Of a stretch of 64,000 nt of DNA, positions 53,164 to 64,000 are shown one piece after another (the first letter of the stretch is position 1; each line of letters begins with the position of its first letter). The notes below the pieces were generated by a model. It did not search any database and was not told where the DNA came from. It was given only the letters and a program-made list of their open reading frames with translations. Where the stretch lies: the NCBI GenBank assembly GCA_044223005.1, contig JBGAML010000003.1, positions 192,001-256,000 of the forward strand. The letters are read 5' to 3'. Origin of the DNA: Candidatus Eiseniibacteriota bacterium (GTDB lineage Bacteria; Eisenbacteria; RBG-16-71-46). The position numbers were made by a program, and so were the translations under genes.

Positions 53164-53727
53164 CTGGCCGACTTCGACGAGGCAGGACTCATCGCCCGGT
53201 TGCGGGCACGCGAGTCCGAGGCACTGGGTGAACTCTTCCGGTGGCTGGGAGGTCCCATGACCACGCTGGCGAGCAGCATGCTGCGCGATCGCGACGAGGC
53301 GAACGACGTCGTCGAGGACGCGCTGCTGCGGGTGCACCGGGCCGCGCCGGGATTCCGGGGCGAGCGCGGGCTGCGCACCTGGACGCTGCGGATCGTGGCG
53401 AACCTCTGCCGCGACCGGCTGCGCCGGCGCCGCTTCATCGCGCCGACGCCGGAGGGCGAGGATCCGTTCGAGCGCGCGGGCCTGGCGTTCGATCCGATCG
53501 CGGACTGGGACGCCGGGCTCGACCAGCCGGCGCTCGCGGCCGCCGTCGAGCGGGCCATCGAGCAGTTGCCGACGGACCAGCGGGAAGTGGTGGTGATGCG
53601 GCACCGGCTCGGGATGTCGCACGCCGAGATCGTGGACGCACTGGGCGTCCCCGAAGGCACCGTGAAATCGCGGCTCGCCCGCGCCCTCGAGGCGATGCGG
53701 ACGACCGTGCGGGGGTTGGACACATGA
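53164..53727 (+). CDS. ECF RNA polymerase sigma factor
   Basis: DVVEDA, FRG...TWTLRIVANLCRD, LPTDQREV, EI..LGVPEGTVKSRL.RA; probable CTG start after AGGAGG (alternative GTG 53098). Confidence 0.92.
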   Translation: MADFDEAGLIARLRARESEALGELFRWLGGPMTTLASSMLRDRDEANDVVEDALLRVHRAAPGFRGERGLRTWTLRIVANLCRDRLRRRRFIAPTPEGEDPFERAGLAFDPIADWDAGLDQPALAAAVERAIEQLPTDQREVVVMRHRLGMSHAEIVDALGVPEGTVKSRLARALEAMRTTVRGLDT

Positions 53728-54068
53728 ACGACATCGATCGCGGCGACGAACGCCTGGCCCGGCTGCTCGCGGCCACGCACGCCGAGGCGGACCCGGCCGT
53801 GCTCGTCCGGGCGCGCGCCCGGCTGCGCGAGAGCGAGCGCATGCCCGCGCTGTTCGCGTGGTTCGGCTCGCCGGCGGGACTCGTGCTCGCCGCGCTGCTC
53901 TTCGTCTCGGTCGCCGGCCTCTCGGTCGCGTGGAACGAGCGCGAGACCACGCGGAGCGACGCCGCCACGCTCGTCAGCACGCTGGTGGGCGACGACGATT
54001 CGTACGGCCTGCCCGGTGACGCGACGCGCGCCGTGGAGACGGCGGACAGCGGGAAGGTGACACCGTGA
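53724..54068 (+). CDS. Putative single-TM anti-sigma factor
   Basis: ATGA-coupled to ECF gene; one TM helix. Confidence 0.65.
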   Translation: MNDIDRGDERLARLLAATHAEADPAVLVRARARLRESERMPALFAWFGSPAGLVLAALLFVSVAGLSVAWNERETTRSDAATLVSTLVGDDDSYGLPGDATRAVETADSGKVTP

Positions 54069-54517
54069 ACCGCGCGGCCGTGGTGATGCTCGTGGTCGCG
54101 ATGGCGCTCGCAGGCGCGGCGCTGGGTCTGCTCGCGGGCGTGATGCTCGCGCACCACGCCCTGCCGCTGCACGGGCCCTGGCCGGCACGCGCCGAGCTGG
54201 GTCCGCCGCCCGGTGCGCACCCGCCGATCGAGCGCGTTCTGCCGCGCCTGGCACGGGCGCTGGACCTGACGCCGGAACAGGTGCGCCGGCTCGAACCGAA
54301 ACTGCGCGCGTCGCAGCTCCAGTTCGAAGCGGCGCGCGAGAGCCTGCGCGGCCGAATCGACGCCGAACTGACACCGCAGCAGCGCGTGCGGTGGCGTGAG
54401 ATGCAGAAGCGACACGAACACATGATGGGCCGCAGGGGTCCCTTCCCGGGTGAACTGGGGCGCGGGGACACGACCGCAGACCGGCCGGGTGCCGGAGAAC
54501 ATGGAGAATCGAGATGA
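54065..54517 (+). CDS. Periplasmic Spy/CpxP-like (LTxxQ) protein
   Basis: N-terminal TM; LDLTPEQ and LTPQQ motifs. Confidence 0.7.
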   Translation: MNRAAVVMLVVAMALAGAALGLLAGVMLAHHALPLHGPWPARAELGPPPGAHPPIERVLPRLARALDLTPEQVRRLEPKLRASQLQFEAARESLRGRIDAELTPQQRVRWREMQKRHEHMMGRRGPFPGELGRGDTTADRPGAGEHGESR

Positions 54518-55287
54518 ACCGCAAGCCCCACGTGACCCTGTCGGCCCTCGCGCTGCTCGCCGTGACGGCGCTCGCCGCTTCGGCCGCGACCCCGGCTCGG
54601 GCGCCGCATGCTGCGGCCGCGCCGCAGGTGGCGCCCGCTCCCGCGCCGGACGACGCCGACGGCATGTTCGTGTCGCTCTTCGACGACGGCGACGACTTCG
54701 ACGGCGCGATGGCGGTCGACGCCGCCGGACCGGGCCCCGCGGGCCGGAACGACGCGCACCCCGGCATGGGTCGCGGCGGGATGCACGCCGGCGGCGCCGA
54801 CTGCGGCATGCAGTGCGGATCGCGCGGCGGCCCGATGATGAAGGGTGGCATGCGCGGCGCGTTCGGCCACCGCATGATGCCGCCGATGGCCGGCATGCGG
54901 CCGTTCGGGCACATGGGCGCGGCGCTCGGGCTGACCGATGCGCAGCGCCAGAAGCTGCAGGACATCCACGAGCGCCAGCAGCGCCGTGCGGTGCAGGCGC
55001 GCGCGGACATCGAGATCGCGAATCTCGACCTGCGGCACGCGATGCGGGCCGAGAACCCGAGCGCGACCGAGATCGGCACCCAGATCGACCGGGTCGCGAA
55101 GCTGCGCGCCGACCTGCAGAAGTCGCGCGTCGCGACGATGCTCGAAGCGCGTGCGGTGCTGACGCCCGAGCAGCAGAAGAAGATGCGCGAGCTGCACGAG
55201 GCGGGCCCCGGGCCGGGCATGCACCCCGGCGGCGGTCGCGGCCTCGGCATGGGGCACGGACCCGGCGGTGCGAGCGACTCGCAGTAG
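54514..55287 (+). CDS. Spy/CpxP family periplasmic chaperone, Met/His-rich
   Basis: Signal peptide; LGLTDAQ and VLTPEQ motifs. Confidence 0.85.
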   Translation: MNRKPHVTLSALALLAVTALAASAATPARAPHAAAAPQVAPAPAPDDADGMFVSLFDDGDDFDGAMAVDAAGPGPAGRNDAHPGMGRGGMHAGGADCGMQCGSRGGPMMKGGMRGAFGHRMMPPMAGMRPFGHMGAALGLTDAQRQKLQDIHERQQRRAVQARADIEIANLDLRHAMRAENPSATEIGTQIDRVAKLRADLQKSRVATMLEARAVLTPEQQKKMRELHEAGPGPGMHPGGGRGLGMGHGPGGASDSQ

Positions 55288-55313
55288 CGACGCGGCGGCA
55301 CGAGCGACGGCAC

Positions 55314-55351
55314 GCGGCGCGGGAGCGATCCCGCGCCGCGCGGCTTTTCGC
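55314..55351 (+). terminator. Intrinsic terminator, copy 1 of 38-bp direct repeat
   Basis: GCGGCGCGGGA-GCGA-TCCCGCGCCGC hairpin plus TTTT. Confidence 0.75.
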
Positions 55352-55432
55352 GCATGGCCCGGGTGTCGCCCGCGCAAAAGGTATAACCTGTGCGGGTCCA
55401 GTCCCCCGCGAATGCCCGACGGAGGATGAGCC

Positions 55433-57442
55433 ATGCGGAACCGCTTCTTCGCAGCCGTGATGTCGGGCGTCCTGGTACTCGCGGCTCCGGGGGCACAGGC
55501 CCAGGGCTGGAGCAGCCTGGGGGCGCCCATCGTCGAAGCGCCACATGCGGCGCTGTACGTGCATGCCGTCTCCGACGGCGCCGACGGCGTGATCGTCGCG
55601 TGGACGCAGGATGTCGCGACCACGGCGATCGCCGCCGCCCAGCGAGTGGGAGCCGACGGCGTTCCGGTGGCCGGTTGGCCCGCGGGCGGCCTCGTCCTCT
55701 GCTCGAATCCCGACGCGCGGCCGCAGGTCGGCGCCATCGCCAGCGACGGCGCGGGTGGCGCGTTCGTCGCGTGGCAGGACCTGCGCAGCATCAACTGGAC
55801 GAACATCGCGCTGACGCACGTGCGCGCCGACGGCACGATCGATCCCGCCTGGCCCGAAGACGGCCTGGTGATCGCGCCGATCGCGCAGGACCAGCGCCAG
55901 CCCGTGCTCGTCGCCGACGGCGACGGCGGCGTTTTCGTCGCGTGGTCCGACGGGCGCAACAGCGGCGCGAGCTTCACACGGGACGTCTACGCGACGCACC
56001 TGCAGGGCGACGGGACCCGGGTGCCGGGGTGGGCCGCGGACGCGATGCCCGTCACGGTCGCGTCGACGGTCGACGACGAGCCGGCGATCGCGACCGACGG
56101 CGGCACCGGACTCTCGGCCGGGCTCTACGCCAGCTGGACGCGCACCGACGCGGGCGGCAACCAGCAGGTGGGCGCGCAGCACCTCGGTGCGAACGGACAG
56201 CCGGCGGCCACGTGGCCCGACACCGGCATCGTGCTGACGAGCGGACCGACCTACCACAACTCGTCCCGCATCGTGACGGGCGCGGGAGGCCGTGCGATCG
56301 CGGTCTGGCAGGACCGCCACGACTACGGCGGCGGAGACACGGAGATCGACTACGTCGCGCAGTGCTTCGGCCCCGACACGGCGTGCGCCGCAGGCTGGGC
56401 GCACGCGGGCCGCGTCGTGGCCGGCAACACGAATCGCAAGTACGGCCCGATGGCCGTCGCGGACGGATCGGGCGGCGTGCTGGTCGCCTGGGGCGAGCGC
56501 CCGACGTTTCTCGACGAGAACGTGTACGTCGCTCACATGGATGGCAGCGGATTGCTCATCACGTCGGTGGACTTTCCGGACGGCATCGTGACCGCGTGCG
56601 CGGCGGCGGCCGACCAGGATCCCAGCTCCATCGCCGCGGATGGCACGGGCGGGGCGTTCGTCGGCTGGGCCGACTGGCGCAACGGCACGACGGCGCCGTT
56701 CCCCTCCGACGTCTACGTCCAGCACGTGCTCGCGACCGCGCGGGTGGCGAACGGTTGGCCGGGTGACGGCGTCGCGCTCACGCAGGGTCCCGCGGCCGAG
56801 GTCTCGCCGCTCGTCGTCGCCGCGGGCACGACGGACGTGATCGCTGTCTGGCAGCGCAGCGGGGGCGTGTTCGCGTCCAAGGTGATCGGCGACGGCTCGG
56901 TGGGGACTGGTGCTTCGCTCCTCGCGGCGAGCGCCGCAGGCGGCATCGTGCGGGTCACGTGGCAGGTGTCGGCGCCGCCGGGCTGCGCGTATCTCGTGGA
57001 GCGCCGCGAGGCCGCGACGGGATGGCGCGAACTCGCGCGCGTGACCGCGGACACCGAGGGGCGCCTGGGTCTCGAGGACCGTGACGTGATCGCGGGCGGC
57101 CGCTACGGCTACCGGCTCTCGGACGCGGCGAGCGGTACCGTGGCCGACGAAGCATGGATCACCGTTCCGGCATTCTCGCCCGCGCTCCGGCTCGCGGGGC
57201 CATGGCCCAACCCGATCGCGGAGCGCGCGCGCGTGAGCGTGGAGCTGCCCCTGGCCGGGGCCGCGACGCTGGTACTGGTCGACGCGCAGGGACGCGCTGT
57301 GCGCCAGTGGGACGTGGGTGGGGATGCCGGCGAGCACGAGCTACAGCTCGGTGAACTCGGCGGCGCGCCGCCGGGTGTCTACTGGCTTCGGCTCGTGCAG
57401 GGCGGCCGCTCGCAGGCGAAGCGGGTCGCGCTCGTCCGCTGA
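55433..57442 (+). CDS. Secreted GWP-repeat protein with T9SS-like CTD, paralogue 3
   Basis: Signal peptide; repeated DG.GG.FVAW.D.R...GWP..G; CTD WPNP..DAQGR..GVYWLR..RVALVR. Confidence 0.8.
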   Translation: MRNRFFAAVMSGVLVLAAPGAQAQGWSSLGAPIVEAPHAALYVHAVSDGADGVIVAWTQDVATTAIAAAQRVGADGVPVAGWPAGGLVLCSNPDARPQVGAIASDGAGGAFVAWQDLRSINWTNIALTHVRADGTIDPAWPEDGLVIAPIAQDQRQPVLVADGDGGVFVAWSDGRNSGASFTRDVYATHLQGDGTRVPGWAADAMPVTVASTVDDEPAIATDGGTGLSAGLYASWTRTDAGGNQQVGAQHLGANGQPAATWPDTGIVLTSGPTYHNSSRIVTGAGGRAIAVWQDRHDYGGGDTEIDYVAQCFGPDTACAAGWAHAGRVVAGNTNRKYGPMAVADGSGGVLVAWGERPTFLDENVYVAHMDGSGLLITSVDFPDGIVTACAAAADQDPSSIAADGTGGAFVGWADWRNGTTAPFPSDVYVQHVLATARVANGWPGDGVALTQGPAAEVSPLVVAAGTTDVIAVWQRSGGVFASKVIGDGSVGTGASLLAASAAGGIVRVTWQVSAPPGCAYLVERREAATGWRELARVTADTEGRLGLEDRDVIAGGRYGYRLSDAASGTVADEAWITVPAFSPALRLAGPWPNPIAERARVSVELPLAGAATLVLVDAQGRAVRQWDVGGDAGEHELQLGELGGAPPGVYWLRLVQGGRSQAKRVALVR

Positions 57443-57470
57443 CGACGCACGTGCGACGCAGGGTTTCATG

Positions 57471-57508
57471 GCGGCGCGAGAGCGATCCCGCGCCGCGCGC
57501 CGTTTCGC
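57471..57508 (+). repeat. Copy 2 of 38-bp terminator-like direct repeat
   Basis: 35/38 identical to 55314-55351. Confidence 0.8.
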
Positions 57509-57627
57509 CTCCCGCAACTCGGCGGTCGGCACGGCCCGAAATCGCTACCGCACTCGCGAGACGGCCCTCTACGCTTTTCGGGCCTGCACCTCGTGCTTCC
57601 GCCGGCCCCACCCGGAGATTCGCCGCC

Positions 57628-60141
57628 ATGCGCCGCGTGTCCGTCGCTCCTGCGTTCGCCCTGCTCGCCGCGTCGATCCTCCTCGTGTCGCGCGCGGGCG
57701 CCTCCACGCTCGTTCCGCCACTGCACGACGAGGAGGCACAGCGCGAGGCTCGCGAGGCCTGGCGGGCGAGCCTCCACGCCGCGGCGCCCGGCACCGATTG
57801 GCGTGCGATCGAGGCGGCGAACCACGAGGCAGCGCGCCTGCTGCTCGACGCCCGGCCGTTCGCCGCCACCGCGGCCGCGTGGTCCGAGCGCGGTGCGGTC
57901 GGCGTGACGGGCCGCACCATGACCGCGGCGGCAAGCCTCGCCACGCCGGGCCGGATCTTCGTGGGCACGGCGCTGGGCGGGCTGTGGTCCGGAGACGCGC
58001 ACGGCGCGACCGCGTGGACGCCGATGACCGATGCGCTCGGGATCGGCGTCGCGCAGGTGGTGGTGGTGCCCCGCGTCGCCGGCCGCGACGATTTCGCGAT
58101 CACCGACGGCAACGGCCGCGTGTTCGCGAGCGCCGACGGCGGCGTGACCTGGAGCGTGCCGTCGGGCCTGCCGTCGGGCGCCTGGGGCGGCCGGCGGCTG
58201 CTGCAGGACCCGTCGTCCCCGTTGCGCCTGTACCTGATGCTCAAGAACTGGTTCTGGACGGGCTCGGCGTGGGAGGTCGACGACTACCTGCTGCGCAGCA
58301 CCGACGGCGGGCTTTCGTGGATCACGCTGATGCACGTGCCCGAGGGGCCCGGGAACGACTTCTGGATCAGCCGCGTCTCGGGCTCGAACCTGTACTGGCT
58401 CTCCGGGCGCACGTTCCTGCGCTCGACCGACGCCGGCGCGACGTTCGTCCCGATCGGCGTGCTCGCGGGCTCCGCGGCGACGACCGACGTTCGCCTCGCG
58501 GCGTCCGAAGCGGGCGCGCCCAAGTTCTACGCCACGGTCCAGGACGCCGGCGGCTGGTCGCTCCACACTTCGAACGGTGGCGCCTCGTGGCAGCTGCGCG
58601 TCCCGACGATGACCGACTACTGGGGCACGCTGGGCGCCGCGATCGGCGACTCGTCGCTGGTCTTCGCCGGCGGTGTCGACCTGCGGCGGTCGACGAACGG
58701 AGGCGCGTCCTTCGCGCCGGTCAACAGCTGGGTCGACTACTACAGCGATCCGACGCACGCGCTGCACGCCGACATGATGAGCGTCACCAGCCTGCGCGTT
58801 CCGCCCGTGGGCGGCGGCGCGCCGCAGGAGATGACGTACGTCCACTGCGACGGCGGCACCTACGAGATGCCGCTCGCGTCCGCCGTGCCGACCAACCTCA
58901 CGCAGGCGGACTTCCGCAACTCGCAGTACTACGGGCTGCGAACGAGCCCGATCCACCCGAACGTGATCTCGGCGGGCTCGCAGGACCAGGGGTACCAGGT
59001 CACCACCGCGCCGCCGGCCTTCACGCAGGTGATCAGCGGCGACTACGGCCACCTCACGGGTTCGGCCTCGACCAACGACATGGTGTGGTCGTGCTATCCG
59101 GGCTTCCTCATGCTGCAGACGCAGGAGAATCCGGTCGCGCTCGACCTCCCGGCCTCCGGCTCCGGCTATCCGAGCGACACGGGCATCCAGTGGATGCCGT
59201 TCCTGCGTGCCGATCCGGCCGATCCGACGGCGGTGTATTTCGCGGCGCGACATCTCTGGCGCGTGAAGCACACCGCGCCGGGCACGTTCGCGTCGCTCGC
59301 GTCCTACGGCGACTTCGACAACGGCACCGGGGACTTCGTCGGGGCCTTCGCGATCGCGCCGTCCAACCGCCAGCGCTGGTACGTGGCCACGGGCAACGGG
59401 CGCTTCTGGTACTCGAGCAACGCCGGCGCGACGTGGACGCTCTCGCCGAGCGCCGGGCCCGGCTCGCACTACTTCTACGGCAGCGACCTGATCGTCTCGC
59501 CGACCAACCCGCTGGTCGCCTACGCGTGCGGTTCGGGCTACAGCAACCCCGGCGTGTACGTCACCACCGACGGCGGTGCGACGTGGTCGCCGTACGGCGC
59601 GGGCCTGCCCTCGACGCTGGTGCACGGGCTCGCGTTCGACAACGCGACGTCGCAGGTGGTGTACGCCGCGACCGAGGCGGGGCCGTGGCGGTGCGTCGGC
59701 GGGACGTGGCAGAACCTGCTGCTCGCCGCCCCGGGTGCGCCCCTGACGGACTACTGGTGTGTCGAATCCGTCCCGGCGCTGGGCGTCGTGCGCTTCGGCA
59801 CGTACGGCCGCGGCATCTGGGACTTCCAGACGGGTGCCACGCTCGATGCCGGTGAGTCGCGCGGCCGCACACTGCGGCTGACCGCGGGGCCGAGCCCGAC
59901 ACCCGGTGCCGCGACGATCGCGTGGTCGCAGGCGCACGCGGGCGACGCGCGCGTGGAGGTGTTCGACGTGACGGGCCGCCGCGTCGCCGCACCGGTCGCG
60001 GGCTGGCGCCCGGCCGGCGCGCAGGCCGTCGCGTTCGACGGCCGCGACGATCGCGGCCACGCGCTGGCGGAAGGGCTCTACCTCGTGCGCCTCGTCGCCG
60101 GGGACGCGCGCGCGGTCGCGCGCCTGCTCGTGCGGCGCTGA
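57628..60141 (+). CDS. Secreted BNR/Asp-box (VPS10/sialidase-like) beta-propeller protein with FlgD/T9SS-like CTD
   Basis: Many S.DGG.(T/S)W Asp boxes, HADM, DGG, GSQDQG, TYGRGIW; CTD FDVTGRRV..DGRDD.G..GLYLVR. Confidence 0.85.
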   Translation: MRRVSVAPAFALLAASILLVSRAGASTLVPPLHDEEAQREAREAWRASLHAAAPGTDWRAIEAANHEAARLLLDARPFAATAAAWSERGAVGVTGRTMTAAASLATPGRIFVGTALGGLWSGDAHGATAWTPMTDALGIGVAQVVVVPRVAGRDDFAITDGNGRVFASADGGVTWSVPSGLPSGAWGGRRLLQDPSSPLRLYLMLKNWFWTGSAWEVDDYLLRSTDGGLSWITLMHVPEGPGNDFWISRVSGSNLYWLSGRTFLRSTDAGATFVPIGVLAGSAATTDVRLAASEAGAPKFYATVQDAGGWSLHTSNGGASWQLRVPTMTDYWGTLGAAIGDSSLVFAGGVDLRRSTNGGASFAPVNSWVDYYSDPTHALHADMMSVTSLRVPPVGGGAPQEMTYVHCDGGTYEMPLASAVPTNLTQADFRNSQYYGLRTSPIHPNVISAGSQDQGYQVTTAPPAFTQVISGDYGHLTGSASTNDMVWSCYPGFLMLQTQENPVALDLPASGSGYPSDTGIQWMPFLRADPADPTAVYFAARHLWRVKHTAPGTFASLASYGDFDNGTGDFVGAFAIAPSNRQRWYVATGNGRFWYSSNAGATWTLSPSAGPGSHYFYGSDLIVSPTNPLVAYACGSGYSNPGVYVTTDGGATWSPYGAGLPSTLVHGLAFDNATSQVVYAATEAGPWRCVGGTWQNLLLAAPGAPLTDYWCVESVPALGVVRFGTYGRGIWDFQTGATLDAGESRGRTLRLTAGPSPTPGAATIAWSQAHAGDARVEVFDVTGRRVAAPVAGWRPAGAQAVAFDGRDDRGHALAEGLYLVRLVAGDARAVARLLVRR

Positions 60142-60175
60142 CGCGGGACGCGCGGCGCGCGCCCCTCGCCGCGCG

Positions 60176-62587
60176 TCATTCGCCGAGCGAGATCCCGAGC
60201 CGGACCTGGCGCGCGCGCTGGCCCAGGCGCGGATCGTAGGCGGGGACCCAGCCGCGCGCGGCGCCGACGCCGTTCCAGTAGCCGCCGCCGCCCTTGCCGG
60301 TCGCGGTGCGGTACGCCTCGTACTCGTCGTAGGCCGTGTTGATGCGCGGGTTCGGGAAGCCGTCCACCGCGGCGAGCAGGTCGCCGCGATGGTCGAACAG
60401 GTTGCTGACCGAGAGCAGCGCGACGACGCCCCGCGCACGCGGCAGCTCCACGCGCACGTCGAGCTGTGTCGACTCGCTCCAGCGCAGGCGGCGCGAGTTG
60501 ACGTGGTCCTGGTTCGCGTACTGCGGCGGCAGCACCGAGACGGCGCTGTCGGACTCGATGGGCGTCCACGGCCGGCCGGTGGCGAGCCGCGTGCTCCACG
60601 AGACGCGCACGCGGTTCCCGATCCGGTGCGCGCCGTCGAGCCCGAGCGCGTGCTCGATGTCCCAGTCGAGCGGGTGTTCCGCGGTCGACTGCGTGCGCGC
60701 CCCGTAGGCCTTGCCGTAGGCGATGCCGTAGGCGTTCGAGGCGTTGCCACGCGCGTTCATGAACGTGTACGCCGCGTGCAGTCGCGCGCCGTCCGGCCGC
60801 TCGCGCGTCACCTCGAACGTGAGCCCGTCGGAATGCGCGTCGTCGTCGCTCTCGTATCGCAGGTTGGTCGTGGTGCCGGGCACGGGATGATCGCGCACGC
60901 CGGGTTCGCCGTACACGTCGCGCAGGAACACCGAGATCTGCAGCGACCACTCGGGGTCGAGCACGTGCCGCACCGCCACCTGCCAGAGCACCACCTCCGC
61001 GGGCTCGAGCGCGCCGTTGCCCAGTGGCCGGCGGTCGTATGCGCGCGTGCGGTCCTCGTAGAGGAAATCGCGCGGTGGATCCTGCGCGATGCGCGCGTAG
61101 GCGAACGAGAACGCGTCCCGCACCGACACCGGGTAGGCGAGGCCCAGGCGCGGTGAGAGCGACCAGCGGACCTTCGCGCCGGGCACGGAGGAGCCGGGCG
61201 TGAACGCCTGCAGCCGCAGACCCTCGTTGGCGACGAAGCCGGCCGTGGCCCAGCGGTGCTGCACGTACGCGAACCCGCCGGGCGCCGACGCGTCGTACCG
61301 GCGCGAGACGTCCACGTACGGGGTGACCGGCGCGCCGTCGTCCACCTCGAACAGCTTCACGTGGTCCCACGACGCGCCGGCGCCCACCTGCAGGTGCTGC
61401 TGGCGTGCGGGCGCCGCCGAGGCGTCGACGCGCCCGAACCAGCGCTCCGCCGACGCGTCGCGGAACCACGGGTCGTCGCCGGCGTACACGTAGAACGGTG
61501 CGACACCGGCCCAGCCGTAGGGGCCGAACACGGGCCGGTCCTGCGGCACCACGTACGTCGTGTCGTGCCGCAGGCCGACGCTGGTCAGCGACGAGGTGCG
61601 CAGCCAGGCGAGCGACGCGTGCACCGGAATCCGCGATCCGGCACTCCCGCTCGCGATCACGGCCAGGTTCCGCTCCTCGACCATCACCCTGTGGTCGGCC
61701 GCGCGGTAGCGGAAGGAGTTCGCGGCCAGCGGGTACGGCGTGACATAGATCGGCTGCGTGCCGGGCGGATCGCCGAACGCGAAGTCGTGGAACGTCACCC
61801 AGCCGTCGATGCCCCACATGGGATCGTACGGCTGGCGGATCACGCGGCCGCCGAGCACCTCGAGCGCCGCGCGCCGCGGGTGCGCGACCGATGCGAGCTT
61901 CGCCCAACCAAGCAGGTGGTTGTCCTCGCGCCAGCCGAACGAACGCCCGAGCACGTGCGTGCGACCGCGGCTGCGCCGGTTGATCAGTCCGAGATCGTCG
62001 AGCCGCACCTCACCGGCGCCCGAGATGCCGAGTCCGCCGATTCCGAGCGGCGTCGAGCCGCCGAACTGCGCGACGTCGCTGCTCCCCGAGGCGCGCCCGT
62101 CGCTGCTCCAGCGCAGGCGGCCTTCGCGCCGGGCGCCGGCCCATCCGGTCGCGACGTCGAGATCACCCGCGAGTGCGCCGTTGCGGTCGGCGTCGACGGC
62201 ACCCGTGAGCAGTTCCGAGCGTCGCACCGCGAAGAGCGGGATCTCGAACGGACGCCCGGACTGCGGGTCGGTGAGCGGCACGCCGGCGATCGTCACCGCG
62301 AGTTCACCGGTGCGGCCGCCCTGCACGTGGAGGTCCTCGCCGGTCGCGACGACACCGGGCATGAGCGCCACCGCGTCGAGGAAGCGCGTCGCCGGGAGCG
62401 CGCGCAGCGCGGGCTCACCGAGTTCGTGCACGCCCTGCACCGAGCCGAGATCGTCGAAGCGGCGGCCCGAGACCTCGATCGCCTCGAACTGCCGGACGAT
62501 CGCCTGGCGCGGCGTGGAATCGCGGGGAGCGGATCCGGGGGAGGGTGCGGCCGTGGTCGCCAGCACGGCGACGATGAAGTGGAACAT
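60176..62587 (-). CDS. TonB-dependent receptor
   Basis: Plug motifs MPGVV..LHVQGGRTGE; GLR, SPRLGLAYP, LEP.E, DW-type motif, R.VRLG C-terminal strand. Confidence 0.85.
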   Translation of the reverse strand: MFHFIVAVLATTAAPSPGSAPRDSTPRQAIVRQFEAIEVSGRRFDDLGSVQGVHELGEPALRALPATRFLDAVALMPGVVATGEDLHVQGGRTGELAVTIAGVPLTDPQSGRPFEIPLFAVRRSELLTGAVDADRNGALAGDLDVATGWAGARREGRLRWSSDGRASGSSDVAQFGGSTPLGIGGLGISGAGEVRLDDLGLINRRSRGRTHVLGRSFGWREDNHLLGWAKLASVAHPRRAALEVLGGRVIRQPYDPMWGIDGWVTFHDFAFGDPPGTQPIYVTPYPLAANSFRYRAADHRVMVEERNLAVIASGSAGSRIPVHASLAWLRTSSLTSVGLRHDTTYVVPQDRPVFGPYGWAGVAPFYVYAGDDPWFRDASAERWFGRVDASAAPARQQHLQVGAGASWDHVKLFEVDDGAPVTPYVDVSRRYDASAPGGFAYVQHRWATAGFVANEGLRLQAFTPGSSVPGAKVRWSLSPRLGLAYPVSVRDAFSFAYARIAQDPPRDFLYEDRTRAYDRRPLGNGALEPAEVVLWQVAVRHVLDPEWSLQISVFLRDVYGEPGVRDHPVPGTTTNLRYESDDDAHSDGLTFEVTRERPDGARLHAAYTFMNARGNASNAYGIAYGKAYGARTQSTAEHPLDWDIEHALGLDGAHRIGNRVRVSWSTRLATGRPWTPIESDSAVSVLPPQYANQDHVNSRRLRWSESTQLDVRVELPRARGVVALLSVSNLFDHRGDLLAAVDGFPNPRINTAYDEYEAYRTATGKGGGGYWNGVGAARGWVPAYDPRLGQRARQVRLGISLGE

Positions 62588-62717
62588 CGAGCGGCCCTCG
62601 TCCTGCGATGTCCCGGTCCGGTGAAGCCAATGTGGGGGCGGGGTCGCGCCGGGTCAAGCCCTGAGTGCGTTTCGCCCGCCCGGGGCGCGGTCGGAAGCCG
62701 GTTCGCGGGGCGCCCGC

Positions 62718-63960
<1,243 letters not shown>

Positions 63961-63990
63961 CCCGTTACCATCACCCGGGGAGAACCTTCC

Positions 63991-64000
63991 ATGTTCCTCG
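63991..64000 (+). CDS. Start of next gene (possibly yajC, by tgt-yajC synteny)
   Basis: GGGGAG RBS then ATG TTC CTC at window end; identity rests on synteny only. Confidence 0.35.

Overview
A very GC-rich, gene-dense bacterial chromosomal segment with about 57 CDSs. I saw no rRNA, tRNA, CRISPR array, transposase or integrase. The T9SS/FlgD-like C-terminal domains, the FCB-type TonB receptor and the high GC suggest an FCB-superphylum organism such as Ca. Eisenbacteria (inference only). Contents: (i) surface-glycan genes (fcl, GT2, wcaJ, MGDG-synthase-like GT, a DprE2/DprE1-like pair, a GT-C/TPR protein); (ii) the rplS-rnhB...yraN block, interrupted by a ~4 kb insert encoding a 4x-repeat secreted protein; (iii) a dispersed B12-dependent short/branched acyl-CoA catabolism set (meaB, an isobutyryl-CoA-mutase-type large subunit, a methylmalonyl-CoA-mutase-type large subunit, one B12-binding subunit with a histone-H1-like tail, epimerase, biotin carboxylase/BCCP, three acyl-CoA dehydrogenases, thiolase, hbd); (iv) five secreted proteins with T9SS-like CTDs, three of them 'GWP'-repeat paralogues sharing a 5'-leader motif; (v) pullulanase, GMC oxidoreductase, an ECF sigma/anti-sigma/Spy module, a TonB receptor and tgt. 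The most notable observations are: a basic-tailed mutase operon with an acidic membrane-anchored protein between its subunits; a 155-nt structured element with 35-bp inverted arms and CsrA-type GGA loops; a 38-bp direct repeat bracketing one secreted-protein gene; a His-to-Gln histidine pseudokinase; a C-terminal WGxLKxxYR motif; and an atypical TGT pocket. All calls come from motif recognition by eye, not database searches.
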